Origin: Tagaea sp.
Lineage (GTDB): Bacteria; Pseudomonadota; Alphaproteobacteria; CACIAM-22H2
Direction: 5' to 3'
Assembly: GCA_044378015.1 (NCBI GenBank)
Contig: JBILXZ010000001.1
Span: 145-64,144 of the forward strand
DNA: 64,000 bases
In this document: positions 29,900-39,067 of the stretch, piece after piece
Layout of the letters: the number at the start of each line of letters is the position of its first letter
Position numbering within the stretch: the first letter of the stretch is position 1
Position numbers and translations under genes: made by a program
The notes under the pieces: generated by a model
Told to the model about the DNA's origin: nothing
The model's input: only the letters and a program-made list of their open reading frames with translations
The model's database searches: none

Positions 29900-31230
29900 C
29901 ACGCGACCCGACGCAAGGCAGCCGACAGCATCTCGGCCATCCGGTCGATCTGCGGCTTTTCGACGATCAGCGGCGGCGACAGGGCGACGATGTCGCCCGT
30001 CGTGCGGATCAGCAGACCCGCTTCGAAACAGTCGACGAGCACGTCGTAGGCCCTGGTGCCGGGGGCTCCGGCACGCGGCTCGAGCTCGATGCCCGCCACC
30101 AAACCCAGATTGCGGATGTCGACGACGTGGCGCGTGCCTTTGAGGGCGTGCATCGTCGCCTCCCAATAGGGGGCGAGGTCGGCTGCGCGCGCGAACAGGC
30201 CTTCGTCGCGATAGACGTCGAGGGTCGCGATGCCGGCGGCGCAGGCGAGCGGATGGCCCGAGTAGGTGTAGCCGTGGAAAAACTCGATGGTGTTTTCAGG
30301 CCCCTGCATGAACGCGTCGTAGATCGCCTTGGTCGCGAACACGGCCCCCATCGGCACGGCGGCGTTGGTGATGCCTTTGGCGACCGTCATGAGGTCCGGC
30401 ATCACGGCGAAGCGTTCGGCCGCAAAGGCCGTGCCGAGGCGCCCGAAGCCCGTGATGACTTCGTCGAAGATCAAGAGAATGCCGTGCTTGCTGCAGATCG
30501 CGCGCAGCTTTTCGAGATAGCCTTTGGGCGGTATCAATACCCCGGTCGAGCCCGCGACCGGCTCGACGATCACGGCCGCGACGTTCGACGGATCGTGCAG
30601 GGCGAGGATGGCTTCGAGCCGGTCGGCGAGCTCCGCACCGTGTTCGGGCTGGCCCTTCGAATAGGCGTTGCGCACCGGGTCGTGCGTGTGCGGCAGATGG
30701 TCGACATAGGGCAATTGCAGCCCGAACTGCTTGCGGTTGGGCGAAATGCCGCCCACAGAGATGCCGCCGAACCCCACGCCGTGATAGCCGCGCTCGCGGC
30801 CGATGAAGCGCACGCGCTGGGATTCGCCGCGCGCGCGATGGTAGGCGAGGGCGATCTTGAGCGCGGTATCGACCGACTCGGAGCCCGAATTCGTGAAGAA
30901 AACCTGGTTGAGATCGCCCGGCAGCATCGCCTGCAGACGCGCCGCGAACTCGAACGACAGCGGATGGCCCATCTGGAAGCCGGGGGCGAAATCCATCGTT
31001 GCGGCCTGCTTTTGGATCGCTTCGACGATGGATTTGCGGCCGTGGCCCGCATTCACGCACCACAGGCCGGCCGTGCCGTCCAAAATCTGGCGATTGTCCG
31101 GCGTGTAGTAGTACATCCCTTCCGCGCGCGAAAGCAGTCGCGGTTTGCGCTTGAATTGCCGGTTGGCCGTGAACGGCATCCAAAGCGCTTCGAGGTTGTT
31201 GGGATCGACCGGCATAGAAGCGGCTGGCAT
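29899..31230 (-). CDS. class III (omega-amino acid/beta-alanine--pyruvate type) PLP aminotransferase
   Basis: PLP-lysine region (DEVITGFGRLG), YTYSGHP motif, length about 443 aa; start at MPAASMPV with AGGAG 10 nt upstream. Confidence 0.85.
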   Translation of the reverse strand: MPAASMPVDPNNLEALWMPFTANRQFKRKPRLLSRAEGMYYYTPDNRQILDGTAGLWCVNAGHGRKSIVEAIQKQAATMDFAPGFQMGHPLSFEFAARLQAMLPGDLNQVFFTNSGSESVDTALKIALAYHRARGESQRVRFIGRERGYHGVGFGGISVGGISPNRKQFGLQLPYVDHLPHTHDPVRNAYSKGQPEHGAELADRLEAILALHDPSNVAAVIVEPVAGSTGVLIPPKGYLEKLRAICSKHGILLIFDEVITGFGRLGTAFAAERFAVMPDLMTVAKGITNAAVPMGAVFATKAIYDAFMQGPENTIEFFHGYTYSGHPLACAAGIATLDVYRDEGLFARAADLAPYWEATMHALKGTRHVVDIRNLGLVAGIELEPRAGAPGTRAYDVLVDCFEAGLLIRTTGDIVALSPPLIVEKPQIDRMAEMLSAALRRVA

Positions 31231-31284
31231 CGCGCGTACTCTCCTGAAATAGCCAACGGATTGCCCCAACCCTAAATCCGACCA

Positions 31285-31440
31285 CGTTCTAATGTAACTG
31301 CTAAATCTCAAGAGTGATTGATCTTTCTATATAATAAGCTTTTATAATAATTTTAAGATAATTGAATATTTCTCTTGATTTCGATTTGTATCTAATTTTA
31401 AAATAATTTTATGGTCGCTGCTCCTAATATTATTCTGCTG
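31285..31440. promoter_or_regulatory. sharply AT-rich island (about 25% GC) in the divergent promoter region
   Basis: Sequence 31285-31440 is dominated by TAAT/TTTTAA/AATAATTTT runs in an otherwise 65-70% GC window. Confidence 0.6.
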
Positions 31441-31791
31441 CCGCCGCCCAGTGCCCGCCAAAGCGACGGGCCGCGCGTCGATGATTCGAGCCAGCGCCGC
31501 AAAACTGCACCTAACAACGACAATAATGCCGGTTTCACCGATGGTTTTGCCGCCTCAACCGCCCGTGCCGAGACCGCCTCGCCGCGCCAAAGGGCGCGGA
31601 CGCGGAGTTTCGCCGACGAATTGGTCGGCGAAAGCGGGCGCGCCTCGGGGGCCTTGACCTTCGCGACCCAGCGCATTGCCCAAGAGCGGCTGCGCAGCGG
31701 CGCGTACGTCGAAAACTGGCGCCAAGCGACCGCCGCCTATGCCCAGACCGCGCGCAACGCCGAGCAAAATTTGGGCGGCGTGCGCGCCTAG
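31411..31791 (+). CDS. small hypothetical protein (126 aa, predicted disordered); may be spurious
   Basis: ORF begins inside the AT-rich island; low-complexity Ala/Arg/Gln-rich product; no recognisable domain. Confidence 0.3.
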   Translation: MVAAPNIILLPPPSARQSDGPRVDDSSQRRKTAPNNDNNAGFTDGFAASTARAETASPRQRARTRSFADELVGESGRASGALTFATQRIAQERLRSGAYVENWRQATAAYAQTARNAEQNLGGVRA

Positions 31792-31846
31792 AAATCGTCG
31801 CTTCAACCTGCTATCGACACGTCCTCTGCGAAGAAAGGACGAGACG

Positions 31847-33367
31847 ATGGCGTTTGCGACGATGTGGGAGCTTCTGCGGAACGGAGCCGACGGCAGCCCG
31901 GCTTTGGGCGCGCCCGAAACGGCGGCGTTGACCTTCAAGGATCTGCGCGCGCTTGCGGCAGACACGGTTGCCGCGCTCAACCGCATGGGCATCGGCCGCA
32001 ACGACCGGGTCGCGATCGTGCTGCCCAACGGGCCGGAAATGGCTGCGGCCTTTCTTTGCGTCGCCGCCGGGGCGACGACGGCCCCCTTGAACCCCGCCTA
32101 CCGGCAGGAGGAGTTCGAGTTCTACATCGCCGACCTCAAATCCAAAGCCGTGATCGTGCAGACGGGCGACGACACGCCCGCGCGCGCCGCCGCCGCCAAG
32201 CTCGGCGTGCCGCTGATCGAGTTGGCGCCGCAGCGCGATCTCGGTGCGGGCGCCTACAAGCTTTCCTCGAACCTCGCCGGCGCGGCCGCCGCACCGGGCT
32301 TTGCGGCCGCCGACGACGTGGCCCTCATTCTGCACACGTCGGGCACCACCTCGCGGCCGAAGATCGTGCCGCTGTCGCAGGCGAACATTTGCGCCTCGGC
32401 CCGGCATATCGGCGCCACGCTCGAGCTCAAGGGCCACGACCGCTGCCTCAACATCATGCCGCTGTTCCACATCCACGGGCTCATCGCGGCCGTGCTGTCG
32501 TCCTTGGCGGCCGGCGGCCAGACCGTGTGCACGCCGGGCTTCAACGCGCTCAAATTCTTCGCGTGGCTCGACGAGGCGGGACCCAGCTGGTACACGGCCG
32601 TGCCGACCATGCACCAGGCGATCCTCGCGCGCGCCGAGCGCAACAAGGAGAGCCTCGCAAAATCGAAGCTGCGCTTCATCCGCTCGTCTTCGGCCTCGCT
32701 GCCGCCGCAGGTGATGCAAGCCCTCGAAGACACGTTCGGCTGCCCCGTCGTCGAAAGCTACGGCATGACGGAAGCCGCCCACCAGATGGCCTCGAACCCG
32801 CTGCCGCCGCGCGCGCGCTTCGCGGGCTCGGTCGGCATCGCGGCGGGGCCCGAGGTGCGCGTGATGGACGAGGAAGGCAATCTCCTCGGCCCCAACACGC
32901 TCGGCGAAATCGTGATCCGAGGCCCCAACGTGACCAAGGGCTACGAAGCCAACCCCGACGCCAATCTCAAAGGCTTTGCGAATGGCTGGTTCCGCACCGG
33001 CGACCAGGGCACGCTCGACGACCAAGGCTATCTGCGCATCACCGGCCGCTTGAAGGAACTGATCAATCGCGGCGGCGAAAAAGTGAGCCCGCTCGAGGTC
33101 GATGAAGTGGTGATGGACCATCCGGCCGTGCAGCAGGTCGTGACGTTCGCGATCCCGCACGACAAGCTCGGCGAAGAGGTGGGGGCCGCCATCGTGCTGC
33201 GCGAAGGCCAGAGCGCGACCGAACGCGACATCCGCGACTTCGCCGCCAAGCGCCTCGCCGACTTCAAAGTGCCGCGCAAGGTCGTGTTCCTTGCCGAGAT
33301 CCCGAAGGGGGCGACCGGCAAGCTGCAGCGCATCGGCTTGGCAGAGAAGCTGGGGTTGGGCAAATGA
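31847..33367 (+). CDS. acyl-CoA synthetase of the AAE3/Pcs60 (oxalate--CoA ligase-like) family
   Basis: AMP-binding motifs LHTSGTTSRPKIV, MPLFHIHGL, YGMTEA, GWFRTGD, GGEKVSP closely follow Arabidopsis AAE3 / yeast Pcs60; AAAGGA SD 9 nt upstream. Confidence 0.8.
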   Translation: MAFATMWELLRNGADGSPALGAPETAALTFKDLRALAADTVAALNRMGIGRNDRVAIVLPNGPEMAAAFLCVAAGATTAPLNPAYRQEEFEFYIADLKSKAVIVQTGDDTPARAAAAKLGVPLIELAPQRDLGAGAYKLSSNLAGAAAAPGFAAADDVALILHTSGTTSRPKIVPLSQANICASARHIGATLELKGHDRCLNIMPLFHIHGLIAAVLSSLAAGGQTVCTPGFNALKFFAWLDEAGPSWYTAVPTMHQAILARAERNKESLAKSKLRFIRSSSASLPPQVMQALEDTFGCPVVESYGMTEAAHQMASNPLPPRARFAGSVGIAAGPEVRVMDEEGNLLGPNTLGEIVIRGPNVTKGYEANPDANLKGFANGWFRTGDQGTLDDQGYLRITGRLKELINRGGEKVSPLEVDEVVMDHPAVQQVVTFAIPHDKLGEEVGAAIVLREGQSATERDIRDFAAKRLADFKVPRKVVFLAEIPKGATGKLQRIGLAEKLGLGK

Positions 33368-34344
33368 GCCGCGTTCTGATTTTCGGCGCCGGGGCCATCG
33401 GCGGCTACATGGGCGTGATGATGGCGAAGGCAGGCGCCCGCGTGACGTTCTTCGCGCGCGGCGCGCACCTTGCGGCCATGAAGGAAAACGGCATCAAGCT
33501 GATTTCCGAGGGCGCCGAAACCGTGATCTGCGACGCGGTCTTCACCGACGATCCGGTCGAGGCGGGCCCGCAGGATTTCGTCGTGGTCGCCCTCAAGGCG
33601 CACGGGCTTGTTGCGGCAGCACCGCAGATCGCCAAGCTTCTCGCACCCGAAACCGCCATCGTCACGGCGATGAACGGCGTGCCCTACTGGTATTTCTACA
33701 AACATGGCGGCCCGCACGACGGGGCACGCCTCAAATCCGTCGATCCGGACGGCAAATTGTGGGACACGCTCGCCCCCGAACGCGCCATCGGCTGCATCGT
33801 CTACCCTGCCGCCAATATTCTTGCCCCCGGCGTCATCGAACACACCTACTCCAACCGCTTCGCGCTGGGCGAACCCGACGGCGCCAAATCGGCGCGCGCG
33901 GCCAAGCTCGGCGAGATCATGATCGCGGGCGGCCTCAAAGCGCCCGTGCGCCCGAAGATCCGCGACGACATGTGGGTGAAGCTGTGGGGCAATCTCAGCT
34001 TCAACCCAGTGTCGGCGCTGACGGGCGCGACCCTCGACGTGATCACGGGCGATCCCGAAACGCGCAGCGTGGCGCGCGCGATGATGCTGGAAGCGCAGGA
34101 AGTCGGCGAAGCGCTCGGCATCCGCTTCGGCATCGACGTCGAAAAGCGCATCGACGGTGCCGGCGAAGTGGGGGCGCACAAAACCTCGATGCTGCAGGAT
34201 CTCGAAGCCAAAAAGCCGATGGAAATCGACGCGCTTCTGGGGGCCGTCGTCGAGATGGGCGAACTCACGGGCCACGCCATGCCGATCTGCCGCACGGTGC
34301 TGGGCCTCGTGCGCCAGCGCGCGCGCGTGGCCGGCGTCTACTAG
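33364..34344 (+). CDS. PanE/ApbA-family 2-dehydropantoate 2-reductase homolog (candidate oxalyl-CoA reductase, PanE2-like)
   Basis: N-terminal Rossmann motif VLIFGAGAIGGYMG; ApbA C-terminal domain; ATG overlaps the ligase stop (ATGA). Confidence 0.75.
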   Translation: MSRVLIFGAGAIGGYMGVMMAKAGARVTFFARGAHLAAMKENGIKLISEGAETVICDAVFTDDPVEAGPQDFVVVALKAHGLVAAAPQIAKLLAPETAIVTAMNGVPYWYFYKHGGPHDGARLKSVDPDGKLWDTLAPERAIGCIVYPAANILAPGVIEHTYSNRFALGEPDGAKSARAAKLGEIMIAGGLKAPVRPKIRDDMWVKLWGNLSFNPVSALTGATLDVITGDPETRSVARAMMLEAQEVGEALGIRFGIDVEKRIDGAGEVGAHKTSMLQDLEAKKPMEIDALLGAVVEMGELTGHAMPICRTVLGLVRQRARVAGVY

Positions 34345-34352
34345 CCGCCGTC

Positions 34353-34553
34353 ATGGCCGTCGAATCGCCGTGCGTCAACGTCTGCAAGCTCGACGAAGCG
34401 CGCGTTTGCATCGGGTGCGGGCGCAGCGTGGCCGAAATCCGCGACTGGAAGGCGTCCGGCGACGGCGCCAAACGCCGCATCGTCGAGCGCATTCGCCGTC
34501 AGGGGTATCCGCGCCCCGACGCCCTTCGAGCGATCACAGAATCGCAATCCTAA
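34353..34553 (+). CDS. DUF1289 (YdhL-like) small Cys-rich protein
   Basis: SPCVNVCKLDEARVCIGCGRSVAEIRDW matches the DUF1289 Cys pattern. Confidence 0.6.
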   Translation: MAVESPCVNVCKLDEARVCIGCGRSVAEIRDWKASGDGAKRRIVERIRRQGYPRPDALRAITESQS

Positions 34554-34624
34554 CGTCATAGGATTGCCGTGCGATGGCGCTACGCCTCCGGGTGTCGATC
34601 ACTCTCGAAACCGGAGACTCGCGC

Positions 34625-35980
34625 ATGCGCCAGACACTCGCCGCCGCCTCGATCCTCGCCCTGATTGCGGGCGCTGCCCTCGCCGACCAGAAATTTCCGG
34701 CGACCCTCGCGGGCCATGCGCTGCTCCCCGCCAATACGATGGTGCCCGCCCCCGCCGACGCGCCGGACATGCTGAAGACGTCCGGCAAATTCGCCGGTCC
34801 CGGCAACCTGCGCAACGAGCGCCTGGCGAGCGTCCCGGGCACGACAGGCACGCCCGCCGCAAGCCGCCCGACGGGCCTCTCCTTCCCGTTCCAGGGCCAG
34901 CCCGTGCAGGGCTTCTCAGGCATCAAGCGCATCGGCGACGGCACCTACTGGACGCTCACCGACAACGGCTTCGGCAGCAAGGTGAATTCGCCGGACGCGA
35001 TGCTGATGTTCCACCGCATCCGCCCCGACTTCCAGAGCGGCCGCGTCGAGCGCCTCGAAACGATTTTCCTGCACGATCCCGACAAGCTGCTGCCGTTCCC
35101 GATCGCGGCGGAAGCCACGGCCAAGCGCTACCTCACCGGGGCGGACCTCGATCTCGAATCGATCCAGCCGATCGGCGACTCCTTCTATTTCGCCGAGGAG
35201 TTCGGGCCGTATCTCGTCCGCACCGACCGCCAGGGCAAGGTCACCGGCTTCTGGCCGACCGAACTCGACGGCAAGCCCGTGCGCTCGCCGGACAACGCCT
35301 CGAACCGCACGCCGGGCGTGCCGGGCGGCGCTTTCGAGTTCAACCTGCCGCGTTCGAAGGGCTACGAAGGCATGGCCGCCTCGCCCGACGGCAAGTTCCT
35401 CTACGCGATGCTCGAAGGACCGGTCTATGCCGACGGCAAGCCCGAAACCGTCGACGGGCGCGAATTCCTGCGCGTGATCGAATTCGACGTCGCCGCATCC
35501 AAATGGACCGGCCGCAGCTTCCGCTACGTACTCGAAGCCAACGGCCTTGCGATCGGCGACTTCAACATGATCGACGCCAACCGCGCGCTCGTGATCGAAC
35601 GCGACAACGGCGAAGGCGATCCGGCGCGCGCCTGCCCGCAGGGGCAGAACGCGCCCACGTGCTTCGCCACGCCCGCACGCCTCAAGCGCGTATACGCGGT
35701 GAGCTTCGAGGGCGTCGCGTCGGGCGCTTCGTTGCGCAAGCTCGGCCATATCGATCTCATGGATATCGCCGACCCGCGCAATCTCGCCCGCCAGGGTGGG
35801 GCGAACGGCAAGTTCACCTTCCCGTTCTTCACGATCGAGAATGTGGACGTGGTCGATGCCGAGCACATCGTCGTGGGCAACGACAACAACCTGCCCTTCT
35901 CGGCCGGCCGTTCGCTCGACAAAGCCGACGACAACGAAGTGATCCTGCTGCGCGTGCCCGAACTGCTGAACGCGCGCTAA
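34625..35980 (+). CDS. secreted esterase-like-activity-of-phytase (PF13449-like) family protein
   Basis: Signal peptide MRQTLAAASILALIAGAALA; DNGFGS and repeated beta-propeller-like blocks typical of the phytase-like esterase family. Confidence 0.65.
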   Translation: MRQTLAAASILALIAGAALADQKFPATLAGHALLPANTMVPAPADAPDMLKTSGKFAGPGNLRNERLASVPGTTGTPAASRPTGLSFPFQGQPVQGFSGIKRIGDGTYWTLTDNGFGSKVNSPDAMLMFHRIRPDFQSGRVERLETIFLHDPDKLLPFPIAAEATAKRYLTGADLDLESIQPIGDSFYFAEEFGPYLVRTDRQGKVTGFWPTELDGKPVRSPDNASNRTPGVPGGAFEFNLPRSKGYEGMAASPDGKFLYAMLEGPVYADGKPETVDGREFLRVIEFDVAASKWTGRSFRYVLEANGLAIGDFNMIDANRALVIERDNGEGDPARACPQGQNAPTCFATPARLKRVYAVSFEGVASGASLRKLGHIDLMDIADPRNLARQGGANGKFTFPFFTIENVDVVDAEHIVVGNDNNLPFSAGRSLDKADDNEVILLRVPELLNAR

Positions 35981-35990
35981 CCGCCCGCCC

Positions 35991-38225
35991 TCAACGGCTC
36001 TCGCGCGGCGTGAAGCTGCGCGCAGAGCCGTACTGGGGCGGCCAGGGCATCTTGTAGCCTTGCTCGTAGGCGGCGTGGCGCGTCCAGTAGGGATCGTAGA
36101 GATGGGCGCGCGCGAGCACGCATAGATCGGCGCGCCCCGCCGTCAGGATCGTGTTGCAGTCCGCCCAAGACGAGATGTTGCCGACCGTCATCGTCGGCAC
36201 GTCGGCCCCGAAGCGCACGCGGTCGGAAAACGGCGTTTGGAAAAGGCGCCCGTAGACGGGCTGGTCGTCGGCAACCGTCTGGCCTGCCGACACGTCGACG
36301 ATGTCCGCGCCGTGCGCCTTCAAGCGTTTGGCGATTTCGACCGCATCTTCGGCCGTGTTGCCGTCCTCTTTCCAGTCGGTCGCCGATATGCGCACCGAAA
36401 TCGGCCGCTCGGCGGGCCAAGCGCTGCGCACCGCGTCGAACACTTCGAGCGGGAAGCGCATGCGGCCGTCGATGTCGCAGCCGTATTCGTCGGCACGCAC
36501 GTTCGTGAGCGGCGACAGGAAACTCGCCAAAAGATAGCCGTGCGCCATATGCACTTCGACGAGGTCGAAACCCGCTTCGAGGGCGTAGCGCGTCGCCCGC
36601 ACGAAATCGGCCTTGACCGCATCCATGTCGGCGCGGTCCATCGCCTTGGGCGTCTGGCTGTCTTTTTTGTAGGGCAGTGCGGAGGCCGACAGGAGCGGCC
36701 AATTGCCGTCCGCCAAGGGTCGGTCGATGCCCTCCCAGGCTTTGCGCGTCGAGCCCTTGCGGCCCGCGTGCGCCAGCTGCACGCCGATCTTGGCCGGCGA
36801 ATGCGCATGCACGAAATCGACGGTGCGCTTCCATGCCGCGACGTGTTCGGGCGCATAGAGGCCAGTGCAACCCGGCGTGATCCGGCCGTCGGCGCTCACA
36901 TCCGTCATCTCGGTCATCACAAGCCCGGCCCCGCCCACGGCGCGGCTGCCCAGATGAACGAGATGCCAGTCGTTGGCCAGCCCGTCTTCGGCCGAATACT
37001 GGCACATGGGCGAAACGACGATGCGGTTGGCGAGCGTGAGGCCGCGCAGCTTGAACGGCACGAACATCGGCGGCGTGTCGGCGGGGGCGCCGAAACGCGC
37101 GGCAAAGGCCGCATCCACCTTGGCGACGAGGGCGGCGTCGCGCAGCTTCAGATTCGCGTGCGTGATGCGCATCGAGCGCGTGAGCATCGACATCGCGAAA
37201 TCGAGCGGCGCCAGCTTGCCCGCATAGCGCTCGGTCTCCTCGAACCATTCGAGGCTGATCTGCGCGGCGCGCTGGATCGCTTCGGTCTGTGGCCGACGTT
37301 CGGCCTCGTAGGCGGCAAGCGCCTGCGGCACGCTTTTGTGGCGCTCGACGGCGTCGGCAAGCGCGATCGCGTCTTCCATCGCAAGCTTTGTGCCCGAGCC
37401 GATCGAGAAATGCGCGGTGTGCGCGGCGTCGCCCATCAGCACGACGTTGCCGAACGACCAATTGGCGCAGCGCACGGTCGGGAAAGTGCGCCAGATCGAA
37501 CGGTTGGCGACGAGGCGATGGCCGCCGAGCTCTTCGGCGAAGAGGTTTTCGCAGAAGGCCAGCGTCTCGGCCTCCCCGGCCGCGTCGAGGCCCGCCTTTT
37601 TCCAGGTCTCTTCGGTGCACTCGACGATGAAGGTCGAGTTCGCCGCGTCGTACTGGTAGGCGTGCACGCGGAACAGGCCGGTCGCGTGCGGTTTGAAATG
37701 GAACGTGAAGGCCGGATGCGGGCGCGTGGTGCCGAGCCAAACGAATTTGTTGCGCCGCCAGTCGAGCGCGGGCAGCAGCCGGTCGGCGTATTTCGCGCGG
37801 ATGCCGGAATTGACGCCGTCGGCCGCGAGGATCAAGTCGGCGTCCGGAAAATCTCCGGGGTCTTTGGCTTCCGTCTCGAACGCGACGCGCACGCCGAGCG
37901 CCTTGGCGCGGCGCTGCAATATCTCGAGCAGCTTCACGCGCGCGAGGCCGGAAAAACCGTGCCCTGCCGAGGTCACGACCGTGCCGCCGTAGTGGATGTC
38001 GATGTCCGTCCAGTGCGCGAAGGCGCGCGCGATCTCGGCGTAGCTTTCGGGATCGGCGGCGGCGAAATTGCCGAGCGTTTCGTCCGAGAACACGACGCCG
38101 AAGCCGAAGGTGTCGTGCGGCCGATTGCGCTCGACGACGAGAATGTCGCGCGACGGATCGGCTTTTTTGGCCAGGATGGCGAAATAGAGGCCCGCCGGCC
38201 CGCCGCCGATGCTGACGATCTTCAT
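35991..38225 (-). CDS. bifunctional FAD-dependent aromatic monooxygenase / Old-Yellow-Enzyme (FMN) reductase fusion (anthraniloyl-CoA monooxygenase/reductase and salicylyl-CoA 5-hydroxylase family)
   Basis: N-terminal [19 protein letters not shown] motif, DG and GD motifs ([14 protein letters not shown]; [25 protein letters not shown]); C-terminal OYE TIM barrel ([11 protein letters not shown]...[24 protein letters not shown]); start at Met-60 of the 803-aa track ORF. Confidence 0.85.
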   Translation of the reverse strand: MKIVSIGGGPAGLYFAILAKKADPSRDILVVERNRPHDTFGFGVVFSDETLGNFAAADPESYAEIARAFAHWTDIDIHYGGTVVTSAGHGFSGLARVKLLEILQRRAKALGVRVAFETEAKDPGDFPDADLILAADGVNSGIRAKYADRLLPALDWRRNKFVWLGTTRPHPAFTFHFKPHATGLFRVHAYQYDAANSTFIVECTEETWKKAGLDAAGEAETLAFCENLFAEELGGHRLVANRSIWRTFPTVRCANWSFGNVVLMGDAAHTAHFSIGSGTKLAMEDAIALADAVERHKSVPQALAAYEAERRPQTEAIQRAAQISLEWFEETERYAGKLAPLDFAMSMLTRSMRITHANLKLRDAALVAKVDAAFAARFGAPADTPPMFVPFKLRGLTLANRIVVSPMCQYSAEDGLANDWHLVHLGSRAVGGAGLVMTEMTDVSADGRITPGCTGLYAPEHVAAWKRTVDFVHAHSPAKIGVQLAHAGRKGSTRKAWEGIDRPLADGNWPLLSASALPYKKDSQTPKAMDRADMDAVKADFVRATRYALEAGFDLVEVHMAHGYLLASFLSPLTNVRADEYGCDIDGRMRFPLEVFDAVRSAWPAERPISVRISATDWKEDGNTAEDAVEIAKRLKAHGADIVDVSAGQTVADDQPVYGRLFQTPFSDRVRFGADVPTMTVGNISSWADCNTILTAGRADLCVLARAHLYDPYWTRHAAYEQGYKMPWPPQYGSARSFTPRESR

Positions 38226-38271
38226 GGCCCGTGTCTCCCGGTCGCTGCGCCAAATCGAAATTACTTTAGAC

Positions 38272-39063
38272 CTAAAATATCGTCGGCGGAAGCCCCCCGC
38301 GCTGCTGGAGAGCGGCGATGCCGTCCCACAGCAGCTTGACGCCCGTGAGCAGCAGGAAGACGTTGCACCAGAAAAAGAACGGCTTTTCGGGCACGCGCGC
38401 ATGCAGCCAGATGCCGAGCGCCATGCCGAGCGGCGCGAGCGGCAGCAGCACGAGGCTCGTGGCCAGATTCTCGAACGAAAACAGGCCGAGATAGACGAAC
38501 GGCCCGAGCTTCATGGCGTTGACGGCCGCGAAGAAGACGACCGTCGTCGCCACGAACGCGGTCTTGTCGAGCCGCAGCGGCAGCAGATAGACCTGCAAGG
38601 GCGGCCCGCCGGCGTTGGCGACGAAACTCGTGACGCCCGAAACGGCCGACCAGAAAACGCCCTTTGGCCAGCTCGGCCCTCGCGCGGGGGCCGCGCGCCC
38701 GAGGGCCGCCACGAGCCAATCGTTGGCGGTGAAAACCACGGCCACGGCGCCGACGATCACGCGGACCCAGGCCTCGTCGAGACGTTCGAAGGCGAGATAG
38801 CCGAGCACCGTGCCGAGCGCGGCCCCAACCATCAGGAACGCCATGTGCCCGCGCGCGTATTGGGTGCGGTACTTCCACAGGCCGATCGCGTCCATGACCA
38901 TCAGCAGCGGCAGCATGATGGCGGCCGCCTGCGGCACGGGGATGGCGAGCGCCATCAGCGGCACGCCCATCGAACCCATGCCCGACCCGAACCCGCCTTT
39001 GGAAACGCCGACGACCAGAAAGGCCGGCACGGCTAGCGCGTAGAAGAACCAGTCGGTCAGCAC
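38272..39063 (-). CDS. TauE/SafE (DUF81) family anion exporter
   Basis: Repeated GxGGG-type motifs ([18 protein letters not shown]...; [16 protein letters not shown]); GTG start 4 nt after the Anbu stop. Confidence 0.8.
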   Translation of the reverse strand: MLTDWFFYALAVPAFLVVGVSKGGFGSGMGSMGVPLMALAIPVPQAAAIMLPLLMVMDAIGLWKYRTQYARGHMAFLMVGAALGTVLGYLAFERLDEAWVRVIVGAVAVVFTANDWLVAALGRAAPARGPSWPKGVFWSAVSGVTSFVANAGGPPLQVYLLPLRLDKTAFVATTVVFFAAVNAMKLGPFVYLGLFSFENLATSLVLLPLAPLGMALGIWLHARVPEKPFFFWCNVFLLLTGVKLLWDGIAALQQRGGLPPTIF

Positions 39064-39067
39064 GAAC

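Noticed and set aside
35977-38253. 758-aa ORF in another frame over the monooxygenase/OYE gene
   Set aside because: Arg-rich nonsense translation starting at TTG. The 803-aa frame carries coherent FAD-monooxygenase and OYE motifs. The printed sequence near 38221-38250 is inconsistent with the track translation, so the track was followed
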